NCBI RefSeq assembly: GCF_009914755.1
Contig: NC_060936.1
Reading direction: 5' to 3' (one strand)
Origin: the human T2T-CHM13v2.0 reference genome, Homo sapiens
DNA length: 64,000 nt
Below, piece by piece: positions 41,213 to 54,072 of the stretch (the stretch's first letter is position 1; each line of letters begins with the position of its first letter). Under the pieces are notes generated by a model. The model searched no databases, was not told where the DNA came from, and saw nothing but the letters and a program-made list of their open reading frames with translations. The position numbers were made by a program, and so were the translations under genes.

Positions 41213-44179
41213 TTGGGTTAAGCAAAGCTTTGACAGATATTCAGAATACAAATGAACACAATTTTAGTATCCTGAAAATTTGGAGCTTCAAGATAGGAAG
41301 AAATTTAAAAAGAAGGCAGAATTCTGTCAGAAGGTGAATAGAACTTAAATACTCTCTCCTAAGAGCCAAAGAAATGCAAGATCCAATCTAATGATGTAAT
41401 AGCCTAGGTCAGGAATGTAAGCTTTGTGAACAGACCTGGAGTTTGTGAACTGCAAGATGCAGTAGAGCAACTTTTAAAAAAATTGTTCAAGTTTATTATT
41501 TTAAAAGAGGGCGAAGTGTGGCAACTGGAATGAACAGAAAAACCACTCGGAATGTCCACAGCTATTCAACTCCTGCTCAGCCACAATCTCTAGTTGAAAA
41601 GTCAGCACATCAGCTGAAGAGGGTACAGTCTCCTTAGTAGTACACAGTAAATAGTAAGCCTGGATAAGCCCAGAGAAAATTGAGGAGGATAAAAAAGAGA
41701 AAAAAAAAAAACACATTATATTAATATATGTGTTTAAAAAGAAATCTCTACATATTTGGAATATTATGTATTTGCAATGTTTTAGACATTCTGTCCTTAT
41801 TAGAGATAGAAGTCAGGCTCGTGATTGAAATTTAAAATGATTTAGAATTGTGACTTTAGGCAGAAATCTTACTATGTTTGTATGCAGTATTTACATAATT
41901 AAGAAAACTCAGATTTCAATATATTAAGTTATCTGATTTCCCTTTTAATTATCTAAGTTGTTTGACAGACAACATCATAATAAATTTTTTAATGTACTCT
42001 TAAACTTTTATAAATTCAAGATGCAGGAAGTTTCAATTCTTTGGTCTGAGTTACAAAAATAATTTCAATGCAATAACTTGAATTACTTTGCAACCAGTTT
42101 ACTTATTCCCAGCGAATAGAAGCCATGCCAGTAAATCAAATTGGCATAAATAGTACAAAATTTATTCATCCAAAAATACCAATTAAGTAGTTAGTTGTAA
42201 TTTGTCTAGAATTCAATGTGGCACTACATATTCGAGATGAATGATAATATCCCTGCCCTTCAGAAAACTAAAGAATGGTGGAAGAGACAGATAATTAAAT
42301 CACTAGGGTAGAAGTATGATAATAGTATAAATGGAGTGTACCATGAAATCACACATGCAGAAAAAAGGAAACAAAACCCAACATCAAGAGATCACAGAGG
42401 ACTTTCTGGGTGAATTAAAGCTTACGTGGAATGCTGAATAAAAATGAAGAATCCCCTAGGCTATAAATAGATCACATTTAGTCAACTTACAAAGGACAAA
42501 ACAAAACAATCATGAGGAAGAGAATGATGATAATTAATAACGAATAAGTGATAAGGATGATTGAGATATTGGCATATGAGGATATAGCAAGATACGAGAT
42601 AGAACGGAAGACAGGGTCTACTGTACCAGGAACATTGTAGAATATTTAAAGGATAGATTTTCTTCTAAAGGTAATGAGGAGGTTTTAAAGATTATTTTAT
42701 TTCTTTAAACAAGAGAGCAACACAGGTAAGGTACCCTTGACTGGAGAAGGACTGGAGGCAAAGAGATGAACTCAAAGGCTTTAATAATAATGGTACTGGT
42801 AAGAAATAATGAGGACAGTAGAATCTGAAAATGAGAAATTCAAAGAGCAAGGTTTATTAAATCACTTGTGGAAATAATTTTGAATTAATTTGATATTAAT
42901 TAGAAAATAAGTATAATGGACACATTTCTTGATAAATGAGCTGCTCAATTCCTAAAAGGTCAGCATGATCTCAATGCAATCCATGGCTGCAACCCCAAAC
43001 CACAACCTCTGGCCACAGTTACTTGAATCAAAAATTGTCTTTGGAAATAAAAGCAGCCGTGACATTTGTTATACAGAAAACTTTTCACTTTGGTGGCCTG
43101 GCTTTAACAGATGAGCAAATCCAGTCAAATTAGAGATTTAAAGATTCCCACTAGCAAGCTGTAGACTTTGCAGCTGGAAGATTATATACCCTTGGGTTGT
43201 GGGGTGGACATTTTCAGATTTGTGCAAGCTGATGACTAAGTCTATTTGTAGAAATAGGAGGATAGGGCAGAGCAGAGAGAAAAAAAGAAAGTGAGATGAA
43301 AATCATATAGTCCCTGAGAGACTATCAGAGCAGCTCAGCTCCCAAAATCTTGCCAGTTGCCATGAGGTCAAGTAGTCCTTTCACTACCATCCTTGGATTT
43401 TGTGAGGCCCTTCAAAGCTTTACAATTTACTGTCTGTTCTTGATCTAGTTTACATGGGTTCCATTGCTCGCAAACAAAAGGCTCTGGGTAGAAAATGCAA
43501 AGAACCACTAATGATATAGATAAAATACTATACAGTTAGAAATCTTTTACTCTACCTACAAAAGAAATTTTTTAGCTTCTCCTTGAATATTTTCAGTGAC
43601 CACATGCATAACTGTTTCTGATTACAATCTATCCCATTTGCAGAATTTAGATATTTGCAGCCAATTCTTTTTATTATGATTAAATTTATCCTGATTCCCA
43701 TTTTATTTTTAAAGCAAGAGCTATGACTCTTATTTGTTTCTTTGTTTTCCTCATGCCATAACCTCCTTCTCTTAAGCAGAGTGCCTAAAAATGTTTTTAA
43801 AATTATTATTTGCATTTCCCCTCTCAACATATTAACTGAAGCAGTTTTTCACTGATAGAATAAAATCCCCTTTATCTCAACCAAGAAGGCATCTTCATTT
43901 AACAAATATCATTTAATTTTTTTTTTTGTTAGTAATGTGTTTCTTATGTATTTGGTTTTTGGCCAAAATGCAGCTGACAGTGCAACTTTGTATCATAATG
44001 TTGGTGAGGGGCACTTAACTTTCTGAGTAAAGTTTTAGAGCTCAGTTTCATATCCAGTGTTACCAATATCTTGGTAGAAGAAAGGGATTTAATAAAATGA
44101 AATGTTTAACCATGATGGAAAGGGCATTGGATAAAATGTTCAAAATGCATTTAGGTATTGAAGTATATAATGGTTACAA

Positions 44180-44237
44180 ATGACATCACAACGTTTTAAT
44201 ATAAAAGGATGACATCACAATATTTTAGTATAAAAGG
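44180..44237. repeat. 29-bp tandem duplication
   Basis: atgacatcacaacgttttaatataaaagg / atgacatcacaatattttagtataaaagg (26/29 identical). Confidence 0.92.
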
Positions 44238-44643
44238 ATATTCTATAAAGGTACTCACATTCTCCAAAGCTTACTTACGATTGTATAATTTATCAAATTT
44301 ATGCATATATTTTTAAATAGTTTGTATATTCAATGCCTTTCTTATCCTATTCTTTAGGCCTAGGTTATTTAAAAAAGTACAACCTAGAAGATCTCAAATT
44401 TATGCCAAATTAAGTGCTGGTAGATTACACTGAGTTACAGACTTTCTGCAGTGATTTTCCACAACTTGAAATTTTCCACCTTTGAAAATTCGTGAATTTT
44501 GGGGGGCAGAAACTGAATTTGGATGCAAAAATTGCTCTGAATAAGAAATAGTTTTATAGTTATGAATATGTGAACAATGAATTAGAACTTATCAATGTTA
44601 TACCAAAACTCCTCTTTGATTGTAACGGTTTCTAAATTCACAA

Positions 44644-44644
<1 letters not shown>

Positions 44645-44692
<48 letters not shown>
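44645..44692. repeat. (TCTA)12 tetranucleotide STR
   Basis: 12 uninterrupted units counted. Confidence 0.97.
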
Positions 44693-44873
44693 CATATATA
44701 TATACACATTTGTGTATATACAAATGTGTGTATATATATGATAATTTGTGAATTATCAGGATATATATATATTTCCTGAAGTCACTGTATCATCCTAGTA
44801 AATTTGCACAATAATATCATATTTGTCTTTAAATTATCACTCCCTTGCTAGTTTTTTTACCAAAATAAAAAAA

Positions 44874-45425
44874 CGAATGGGTAAAGAATATGTGACATAT
44901 ATACACAATAGAATACAATTTGGCCATAAAAACATGAAATCCTGTCATTTACAGCAACATGGATGGATATGTAGGTCATTAGGTTAAGTGAAATAAGCAA
45001 GGCACAGAAAGACAAATATTGCATGTTCTCACTCATATGTGTGAGCTAAAATTTTCCTTTCATGGAGGTTGAGAGTAGAATGGTAGTTACCAGAGGCTGG
45101 GAAGGGTGTGTGTGTAAAAAGAGGGAGATAAAGAGAGGTTGATTAATGGGTACAAACATAGAGGTAGATAGAAGGAATAAGTTCTAAAAGTCCATAGCAG
45201 AGTGGGGTGACTATTACTATAGTAAACAAAAATTTATCATATATTTCAAAATGTTAACAACTAGAAGAGAGGACTTAAAACGTTCCCACCACATAAAATT
45301 GAGAAATTTTCAGGGTGATGGATATCCTAAATGCCCTGATTTTATTATTACATGTTCTATGCATGTAACAAAATATCACAGGTACTCCATAAAGATGTAC
45401 AAATATTATGTATCAGGAAAAAATA
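44874..45425 (+). mobile_element. L1MA (L1MA3/4-like) 3' end
   Basis: gaaatcctgtcattt...ttaagtgaaataagc...gagagtagaatggtagttaccagaggctggg...ggtgatggatatcctaaatgccctga. Confidence 0.88.
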
Positions 45426-47624
45426 TTTTGAAACTCTATTAATGCATTTTCCCTCTTGGAAATTATACTGGTTTCTTTTTACTTTTCATTCTTTTAAAAA
45501 AGACTATAAGGGACCCTAAGCACTAATAATTTACTGTTAAACTTTGAGTTTCAAATTTAACTCAAAAATTCATAGCAAGGCACTCTTTCAAGAGGGAGAA
45601 AAAGAACTTTTCTAGAAACAACCCAAGCACACTTGATATACATCAAGAACCAAAGCTGAGAAGACAGTTCATGAAGTCAGAAGTGAGAGCAGATAAAGTA
45701 ATTGCCACACAAGAACTCTTTCAGAAGTAGAGGAGGGAAGCAAGAAGATGAGAAAAAAGAGAGTAGTGCTGATATGCAAATGGCTTGCTCCCCAGTCAGT
45801 GTTGAAATTCTAGGGAGGGAGAAGATGGAGTAGTTTGAAAGATTCAGGTTGATTGGAGAAATGGATAATTAGGGGGAGGTTTCCTGCTTCCCCCAGTACA
45901 GTCCCGGCAAGTTCTAACGTCTTCAGAGAAGTTCCCATTTTAGCAGGTGTTATGGCCACCATGCAACAAGAAGATTTCAAATATGTGAACAATAAATTTG
46001 AACTTATTGTTATAGCAAAGATCTTCTTGGATTATAATGGTATATACATATATATGTCTCCATATAGGCAAAATTGCCTATATTGGGTGAAATGTTGCCT
46101 AGTTGAGTAGACATGAGAGCAGCCTCAGATGGTCTGGTACACTACAGCTTGGAGTATGAAATGTGTAGTTGAAATTTTAAGGGCAATGGACAGCAGAGCA
46201 TGCACAAGAAGTTCTGAGAATGCTGGTGGATTTCAAGAGGACTGGATTCAGGAAAAGAGGGTTCCGGAGTTTGGGAACTCTTGATTATTGGCAAAGGCCA
46301 GATCTATAGTCACCAGCACTGGATTTCAGAACAACACTTGAAAGACAAGATGGTACCCACCATATCTCAGTGGACACTAGGTCATGATGCTCAATATCCT
46401 GAAAGGCAGAATCTCACTGTAGCAGGTGCCATGAGATCAGGTTGAGACACCTAAAATGAAGAACATCTAACTCAATAACACAAAAATACATACATTTCTC
46501 TGTCCTTCTAGATACTACCTTGGCAAGGGAGGAAGGAAAAAAGTTCCTAAAACAGAACCACCCCACAGCAAACACACACATACACACACACACACAAAAC
46601 TAGTGAGAGTGTTTCAAACTAAAAGAGACTGAGATCTCTTTTATGACACGTGTTACTTTATATGAGGAAATGAAAGTTCAGGAGCAAGAAGATATTCATC
46701 ATAGAAAACAGGAAAATTTACAGGAATGTATTTTCTTTTATTTTTAGAAATTGCATGAAAATTTCACTTGTTATAACTATAACTTGGCAAACTCCTTCAT
46801 TCATGCTGCCTTTGTGGTAACTGTATATATCTACCTTTTCTAAATAAAACCAGAATATAACACAAGGTAACATCTAGGAAGAAAGCATTAGCAAACCGTG
46901 CTATTAGCCACTTCATTAAATCAGGCAGGTCATAAAAAACAAGCAAAGCCACATTTTCAAATTTGTTCCTCAGATTCATTTTCACACATCATCAAATCTA
47001 AGTCTTCAGTGAATATATGAGTGTTATAAATATAGTCAGCATCTCAGCCTGCAAAGAATACACTATGAGAATTAATTACCAAAGCACTTAAAATTCATCA
47101 AAATCACAACAAAGCTGACAACTATTATTTACTTCCATATCAGATCAGTTGAAGATTAATGTGAAACAAGATAAATGTATCATCTGTTCTGAACTACCTA
47201 CACAGTAATCATCTCTGGCTCAGTATAATTTCCAAATTTCACTCTAACATACTCATAAATACTTAATATTACATATAGCCTGTATTTTATCTGAAACTTT
47301 TATGGTGCTTTACCATAAAAATAATCGCTTTCAATTATATTTTCCAAGCCATTCAAATGCCACACTAAGAAATATCAACAACCTTATTTTAGATACCAAC
47401 GAAAGACAAGTATTGTTTCCCCAAATATCTTTATTACAGAAAATTAAAAAAAGAAAACTTTTCCTTAAAGTTCCAAAATTTTAAATTTTATATTGAAAAA
47501 AATCAATTTATTCAATTTCCCAAAGGGAAACCAAAAAAAGTGAACAGCAAATTGACTATTGAAGATTAACCAATTAGTAATAAATATATTTATTGAGTTT
47601 ATTGCAGATTATTCAATTAATATA

Positions 47625-47709
47625 TACATGCTATATATATATAGCATGTAATATACATATATACACAAATATATATACATAAACATATATATATATATAT
47701 ATATATATA
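47625..47709. repeat. 26-bp perfect palindrome followed by TA-rich microsatellite
   Basis: tacatgctatatatatatagcatgta (47625-47650) is its own reverse complement; (TA)n runs to 47709. Confidence 0.92.
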
Positions 47710-48979
47710 GTTTTGAAGAAAAATATAAAATAACTTCTCCATTAGAAAATTATCTCTGAGATGTGGTAAGGAGAAGAGGAAATGAAGAATTTTTTTTTTT
47801 TAGGTTAACATGACATAGCTAGAAAAACACGCTATATTTCAAATATAGCAGTTAAGACTGATGGGAAAGTAAACATTTTTTAAAATTCATGATAAGTTCC
47901 CCACCGGTTATTGACAGGTTTATGGTTTTACGTTAGTAAATATTGATTTATTAAGTATATACTCTTTATAGAATACAATACAGCCCTAAAGTCTGAGTGG
48001 AAAGCAGAAGGAGAATTACAAAAGAAATGAAAAATAAGCATCTTCCAATGAAGCACTTAATTATGTATGTATGTTGTAGGCAAAATGAAAAATTTAATAT
48101 GGAACACTTGTAGAGAAACCAGGCAACAGAAGATAATTCTTTGATGTGTTTAAAGTTTAAAAAAATTCTGCTGGGACAATTATGTAGTATATGAATTTCA
48201 GTATTTAGACATTTGACTTTTCCCATTATCTCACAAATCCTCCCCACTGGCAATGGAGACACCATCTCCTTATTTCAACACTTATAAGTAAAAAAGAGAC
48301 ATAAATAAAAGAGGAGAAAGAGTTAAGGGAGGAAGTGAACAAAAAGAAAGTATGGCCCTAATTATAATCAAAGGCATCCAAAAAATACAGAACTGAAAAA
48401 TCAATTATTCCTTACTGTGTGCCTTTGCCATGCAATGCCAAATAAAAGAACTGAGTGTACTTGGATTCCCTCTTGCCCTTCACACCAATGTTTTGTGGAC
48501 CACTTACTCATCTAACCTAATACCTGAGATGCCTCCCTTATAACTCTTGGTAAACTTAGATGTTCTCTACAGACCACGTATTCTAATGTCAACATGCCTC
48601 AATTAGAGTGCATATCAAGACGTATTTTAAGAATCCCTTCTTCCTATTAGACTGTTAATGAGTTCTTCGTTTTACCAATTTTTCCAGGGCCTGACACCAT
48701 GCCTGGCCTGCCCCATGTCTGACCTCTGCAAATGTTCAATCTGAACAAAAGATGAGCTCTAAGGGAGAAGAGAACTGGCTGGCTAAAAGGAATCTCAAGA
48801 TGTAACATTTTCTTACTGAATATTCCCTAGATCAGTGCCTTCCCCGCAATCTTTTGGGGTTAAATATTTGATTTTGTTCAGGACACTAACAGTGGATCAA
48901 TCTCTCAAACGTAGACTCACATTATCCATGTTTGCAATCTGATAATAAGCAAAAGTCCCAAGAAATGAATAGCAAACCT

Positions 48980-49215
48980 CACAGTATAGTAGGTGAGAGC
49001 ACAATTCTTGGATTGAATTGAATCAAATGTTACCCCCACTAGGCTGTAATGTTAGAAAGTTATTATATCCCAATGAACTTGTTTCCTCCCTTGCAAAATA
49101 AGCATAAAAATAGTCACCTCAATAGTTGGTTGTGAAGATTAAAAATGATAAGGTATGGTGAATACATAGCATAATTACTGCATATTGATAATAAAGAACA
49201 AATGTTGATATTATC
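48980..49215 (+). mobile_element. MIR (near full length)
   Basis: gtatagtaggtgagagcac...gtttcctcccttgcaaaat...ggttgtgaagattaaa. Confidence 0.7.
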
Positions 49216-49254
49216 ATGACAATATTAAAGAAAAGAAGTTGTAGATCTTGATGA

Positions 49255-50410
49255 TCAATCCATTCCTCCATTACATGCATGTTCATGGGTGTCAGACAGT
49301 ATTCTTAATACATGGATATATTATTATATAAAACATAATGGAGTTTAGGTTCTAGTGCAGATAGAAATAAACAATAAAAATACACAATAAATATGTTTTA
49401 TGTAACAGAGAGAAGATATATGCTTTGGAAAATATAATAGAGGATGTTCGGGAAGATTGGAAATGCTGAGGATGAGGGAAGGGGTATTGCCATTTTAAGT
49501 TGGGAAGTCCCAGTAGGTATCATAGAGAAGATGCTATTTCAACAAAGACTTGAAAGAAGTGAACATGTGGATATCAGGAGTAAAAGTATTTTATTATAGA
49601 AAACAGCAAATACAAGGGCCCTCAGGTGTAATGTACTGTCTGTTTTGTGGAACAGGATGGGGGCTGGTGCAGACAACATGGAGTGAACTAGGGAAAACAT
49701 AGTATGAGGTGAAGTCAGAGCATGAGTCGTGTCCATGGGTCATTCTAAGAATGTTGGCTTCCATCTGGAGTAAGACAGGTAGTCTGGAGGGTTCTGAGGG
49801 CAATAATAACAAAAACTGAGTTTTAGCATCACTTTGGCTGCTGTGTTGAGAACAGACCATAGAGCGACCAGGGTAGAAGTATGGTTTAGGATATGTAGTT
49901 AGAGGACTATTGTAATAATCCAGATGAAAGATGATGCTCAGACCAGGGTGGCAGCAATAGAGGTGGCGAAATGTGGTCAGATTTCTGTATGGGTTGTATT
50001 GTGTGAAAGAGAGAACTCAAGGATGATTTCAAGATTTTATACTAATCCACTGGAATTGAATTGTTATCAGTTAAGATGGGGAAGACTCTGCGGGGAGCAG
50101 TTGAGAGATGAAGTCCAAGAGTTCTGCTTTAAGATACGTCAATTGAGATGCCTATTAGAAATAGAAATGGAGAGGTTGGGTAGACATTTGCATATATGTG
50201 TCTGAAGGTCAGGGGAGAAATCTGGGCAGGAAATATACATTTGAGAGCCTTGGCCTACAAAATGATATTTAAAGTCACGAGGTTGGGTGACATTTGATGA
50301 GATCACCAAATAACCAAGGTCTGCATTTGCAGTATTCCAGTCTTAGGATGTCTGGAGAGGAAAAGAAGCCAGCAATGAAATTTGAGAAGAAACAAGCGAT
50401 GTAGGAGTAA
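49255..50410 (-). mobile_element. LINE-2 (L2a-like)
   Basis: caaatacaagggccctcagg, tcactttggctgctgtgttgagaacagac, gactattgtaataatccagatgaaagatgatg. Confidence 0.82.
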
Positions 50411-50417
50411 AACTTGA

Positions 50418-50579
50418 TGTGGTTTTCCCACAATTAGCATCAATAGCATCATAACAGACCTTGCTAGAAATGCAAACCTCTTACCCCACCCATGCCATAA
50501 CGAATCAGTGGGGCCCAGCAATTTGTGTTTTAGTAACTTCCAGGTGATTCTTATGCATGCTAAAGTTTAAGAACCACTG
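50418..50579. mobile_element. MER5A
   Basis: cttgctagaaatgcaaa...gtggggcccagcaatttgtgtttta...ccaggtgattcttatgcatgctaaagtttaagaaccactg. Confidence 0.85.
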
Positions 50580-50988
50580 CTGTAGAGGGGCAGTAGAATT
50601 TGGGGTAAAAATTATGAATTTTAATTAATCTCCTTAAATGTTAATACAGTGTCACTGAACCTCTTTGAGGAATAACTCAACTAGATACAGAACGAAGCAG
50701 TCCCTCATTGAGCTCAAACTCAAGCACTCCACCTTTAGATGCTACCACACTTAGATTAATGTTTTCACACACTCTATATTTCTTATTTTCTCATTTTCCA
50801 TTGCTGTTAGGTGTGATTGCTTAGAATAAGTTTTATTCCCTCAATTTGATTTCACTAAGTTCAATTTCTTTCCATTAAATCTGATTAAAGAAACTCAAAT
50901 TTAACTAAGGTTTTAAACATCCAGGCATTATTAGCATTCCAGAAGAGGGGTTTGTTTATCTGCAAGAATTCCCACAATGTGGAAAAAC

Positions 50989-51033
50989 AGAGAGAGAGAG
51001 GAGACAGAGAGAGAGAGAAAGAGAAAGAGAGAG
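50989..51033. repeat. Imperfect (GA)n
   Basis: Read directly. Confidence 0.9.
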
Positions 51034-52943
51034 ACCAATAGATATTTGTGTTTATAGCCAATTTCAGGCAGATTCTGTACTTCTCACCAACTCCTGTTCT
51101 CTTGCCCTATCAAAGCAAACAAACCAAAATAAAATGACAGTTAACAAGGTAATAAAAACACCAAACCAGGGAATAAAGAAGTAAACCTTTTAAAGTCTTC
51201 TTTAATATTTAAATAGAAATATTTATCATAAGACTTAGCAATTAAGAATGGAAAGAGCTATGTTTTATATCAATTCAACAACTGATTTGGGGAAAGTGAT
51301 TTAACCTCTCAGAGTTTCTGCATGTTTAACGATACAAATGTGTACAGAAAGTAAATATTCCCTGTAAACTTACCACAAAGGCTGGGCTTGGTCTCTTATA
51401 TGGGAAAATGCTTTGTCAGCTGAAGAACTAAGAAGAGATTAAATTGATGTTAAAATAAATTTTTAAAATGTATCTTTCATTAAGGGAAGAAACTTTAGGA
51501 CAGGGAGAATTTATCAATTTTAAATTTTAAATAAATGTAGCTCTTTAGGAGTTTAAAAAATATTTCAAGGGAAGATTGCATATATATAGTCTTGATATAC
51601 ATTGTTGGCATTGTTTTATTGATACAAATGGAGTATTCAAAACAAAAATTCATATACTTAAATAATTAAGTATCTATACTCAAATATTATTGCAGTTTAG
51701 AATTCTAAGCTATTTTGGCCTATTTAAATGAAAATAACATAGAGAAGAGTAGAAAATAAAATGACATACCCTATATCTATCATTAAGATTTAAGAAGTAT
51801 TTTCCTACTGCTATATTATATTTAGATCTCTCTTTAGGAAGACAAATATGTCACAAAAACAATTAAAGTTGGTGCCTCCGCATTCCATTTCTCTTTATCT
51901 CTTTCCCCAGGGGTGCCTGCTATCCTGAAACTGGAATCTATTATTCCCATGCAAATTCTTGCACATTATATACATAGGTAGATACTCATAAACAACATAT
52001 ATTATCATTATGTATTTAAACATTTGCATAAACAACTTACTTTTTAAACATAACATTAAGTTTTAAAATTTATCAGTGTTGATACATGTTGTTAAATAGT
52101 CTTCTATTATAAGAATAAAACTATTTAGGCTGCTACACAGAATCAGTTAGGCTGTTTCCACATTTTTCCCCATATTATAAACAGTTCATTGGCAGGCATT
52201 TTCTTTTTTTAATGAGTGCTATTCAAATGAATTCAGCTGTGGGAAATTGTTTGTGGCTCATTCACATCTGACAATTCTGTTCATGGGCTCCTCCTCAACA
52301 GCTGTCCCTACTAATGCAAGATAATTTTATGTAAAATTAATGTTTCCATAAGAAGGCCTCATGAGAGGAGTTGTCTTCTGTGGTAGGAAGTCAAGAACCA
52401 AAGGAAAACTATAAACTCAAAGAAGAAATATGCAACAAAGTAAATCAGTTTTGGTGATTTCCCAGGTGATTTTACAGGTTCTATGCCAATTTGGAAAATG
52501 CGTTCTCTTCTTTTGTTGAAAAATAAAAAAATACTTGTGAAAAAATTGTTACTGCTCAACAAATAGTTCTCTTTCATTATATTAATTAGACAAATTATGT
52601 CTTTAAAGCAATAAAAAAAACCCTGCTAATAGTTCCTTGAATATTTGGCATTTTTGTGATCAGACTGCTGGACTAAAAAGACTTTTATTTCTTGAGTTGT
52701 CTTCCTCAGGAGTTGACTTGTTCCAGGCTACAAGTGAACAATTCTGAAACCACTATACATGTATGATGGAATTGGGTAATTAAGTAAATGGTGACTGATG
52801 CTGGGAGCCAGGCTTCTCATATTGGAGTTGGAAGTTACAGACAAGCAAGCTTTGAAGACTAGAATGATTGGTATATTACTGGATTAGGGTTAGAAACATC
52901 AGGATGAACTCATGTTCAGTTTAATATAGATGTAGATGGATAC

Positions 52944-53399
52944 CGCAGTGAGCTGATTGGTGACTTCCAAAAAAAAAAAAATGTATCTGTTCTAATCCCT
53001 GGAACTTACGAACATTACCTTATATGGCAAAATATGTGATTTAACTAAGAATTTTGAGAAGAGTTTATTCTGGTGTACTTGGGTGGGCCTTACATGCACT
53101 CACATGTATCCTTTAAGACAGGGCAAGAGAGAGCTTTGGGACAGATGAGCAGGCAATGAGACCATGCAAGCTGAGACTGGGGTGAGTGCAGATACCATGG
53201 AATGCCTAAAGCCACAGGAGGCTGAAAGAGGCAAGGACTATATTCTCCTCTAGGAGCCTTGGGAAAGGAGCATGGCTCTGCCAGCACCTCACTTTAGGAC
53301 TTCTGGCTTCCAGTCTGTGACAGAATAAATTTATATCGTTTTAAGCCACTGATTTTGTGGTAATTTGTTACCACAGGGCAGACACAGGAAACAAATAAA
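52944..53399 (+). mobile_element. MaLR solo LTR (MLT1C/D-like) nested in L1MC
   Basis: ctaatccctggaac...ttaccttatatggcaaa...aagaggcaagga...gacttctggcttccag...ttttaagccac. Confidence 0.85.
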
Positions 53400-53522
53400 A
53401 TAGATACGTAGAAGTTTTTATAAATATGTGCATATACAAGGGTTAGAATGCACATATGTTTACTTTGCTCCATCTGCTGAGTGATCCTAGAAGTAATGGG
53501 ACCCCAGTAACAAAGATAATGC

Positions 53523-54072
53523 TGACTAATATAACCTTAAAGTTTCCCTCAGCTGGACTAAATTTTAACAGACTTTTTCCTGACTCTAGGCTCCTGACCT
53601 CTTTTCTAAAGCTTTTACCTTAGAAAATTTGTGAATATAAATATTTCTATGTTCCTTTGAGATATAAATCTTTTAAACAGCCTCTAGCCAGCTTTATAGC
53701 CAGGAATGTCTTTTTCAGGAATCTGGAAGCCATTCTTTTGCAATGTAATCATAAAATAGTTTCCTCATCTCCCAGGCTCTGGGAGAATGAGCCCCCAACT
53801 TCCTAGGGCATGATGGTTCAAGCTATAAAACTACCTTCAGTCATGAAGATCAGAGAAAGTTTACTTTTCCATTGGATAAGGAAAATTAGAAAACAAAAGT
53901 GGCCTAGGATTCCCCTATCCCAGCTCTTAAAATTTCTTCCGCCATTTGTTTTAAGGAGAATTAAGCTCAGATTAACTTGTGGCCTCTCTCCATGTCTGCA
54001 GTTGCCTTGAATGAATCTTCCTTTTACTGCTTTTACTGTTTAAATTTGCCAGGCACAGTTTTGGCTTTGACA
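53523..54072 (+). mobile_element. ERV1-class solo LTR (MER67-like) nested in L1MC
   Basis: TGAC...GACA termini; 4-bp TSD ATGC/ATAC; ttcctgactctagg, cctttgagatataaatctt; flanks rejoin as L1MC sequence. Confidence 0.72.
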
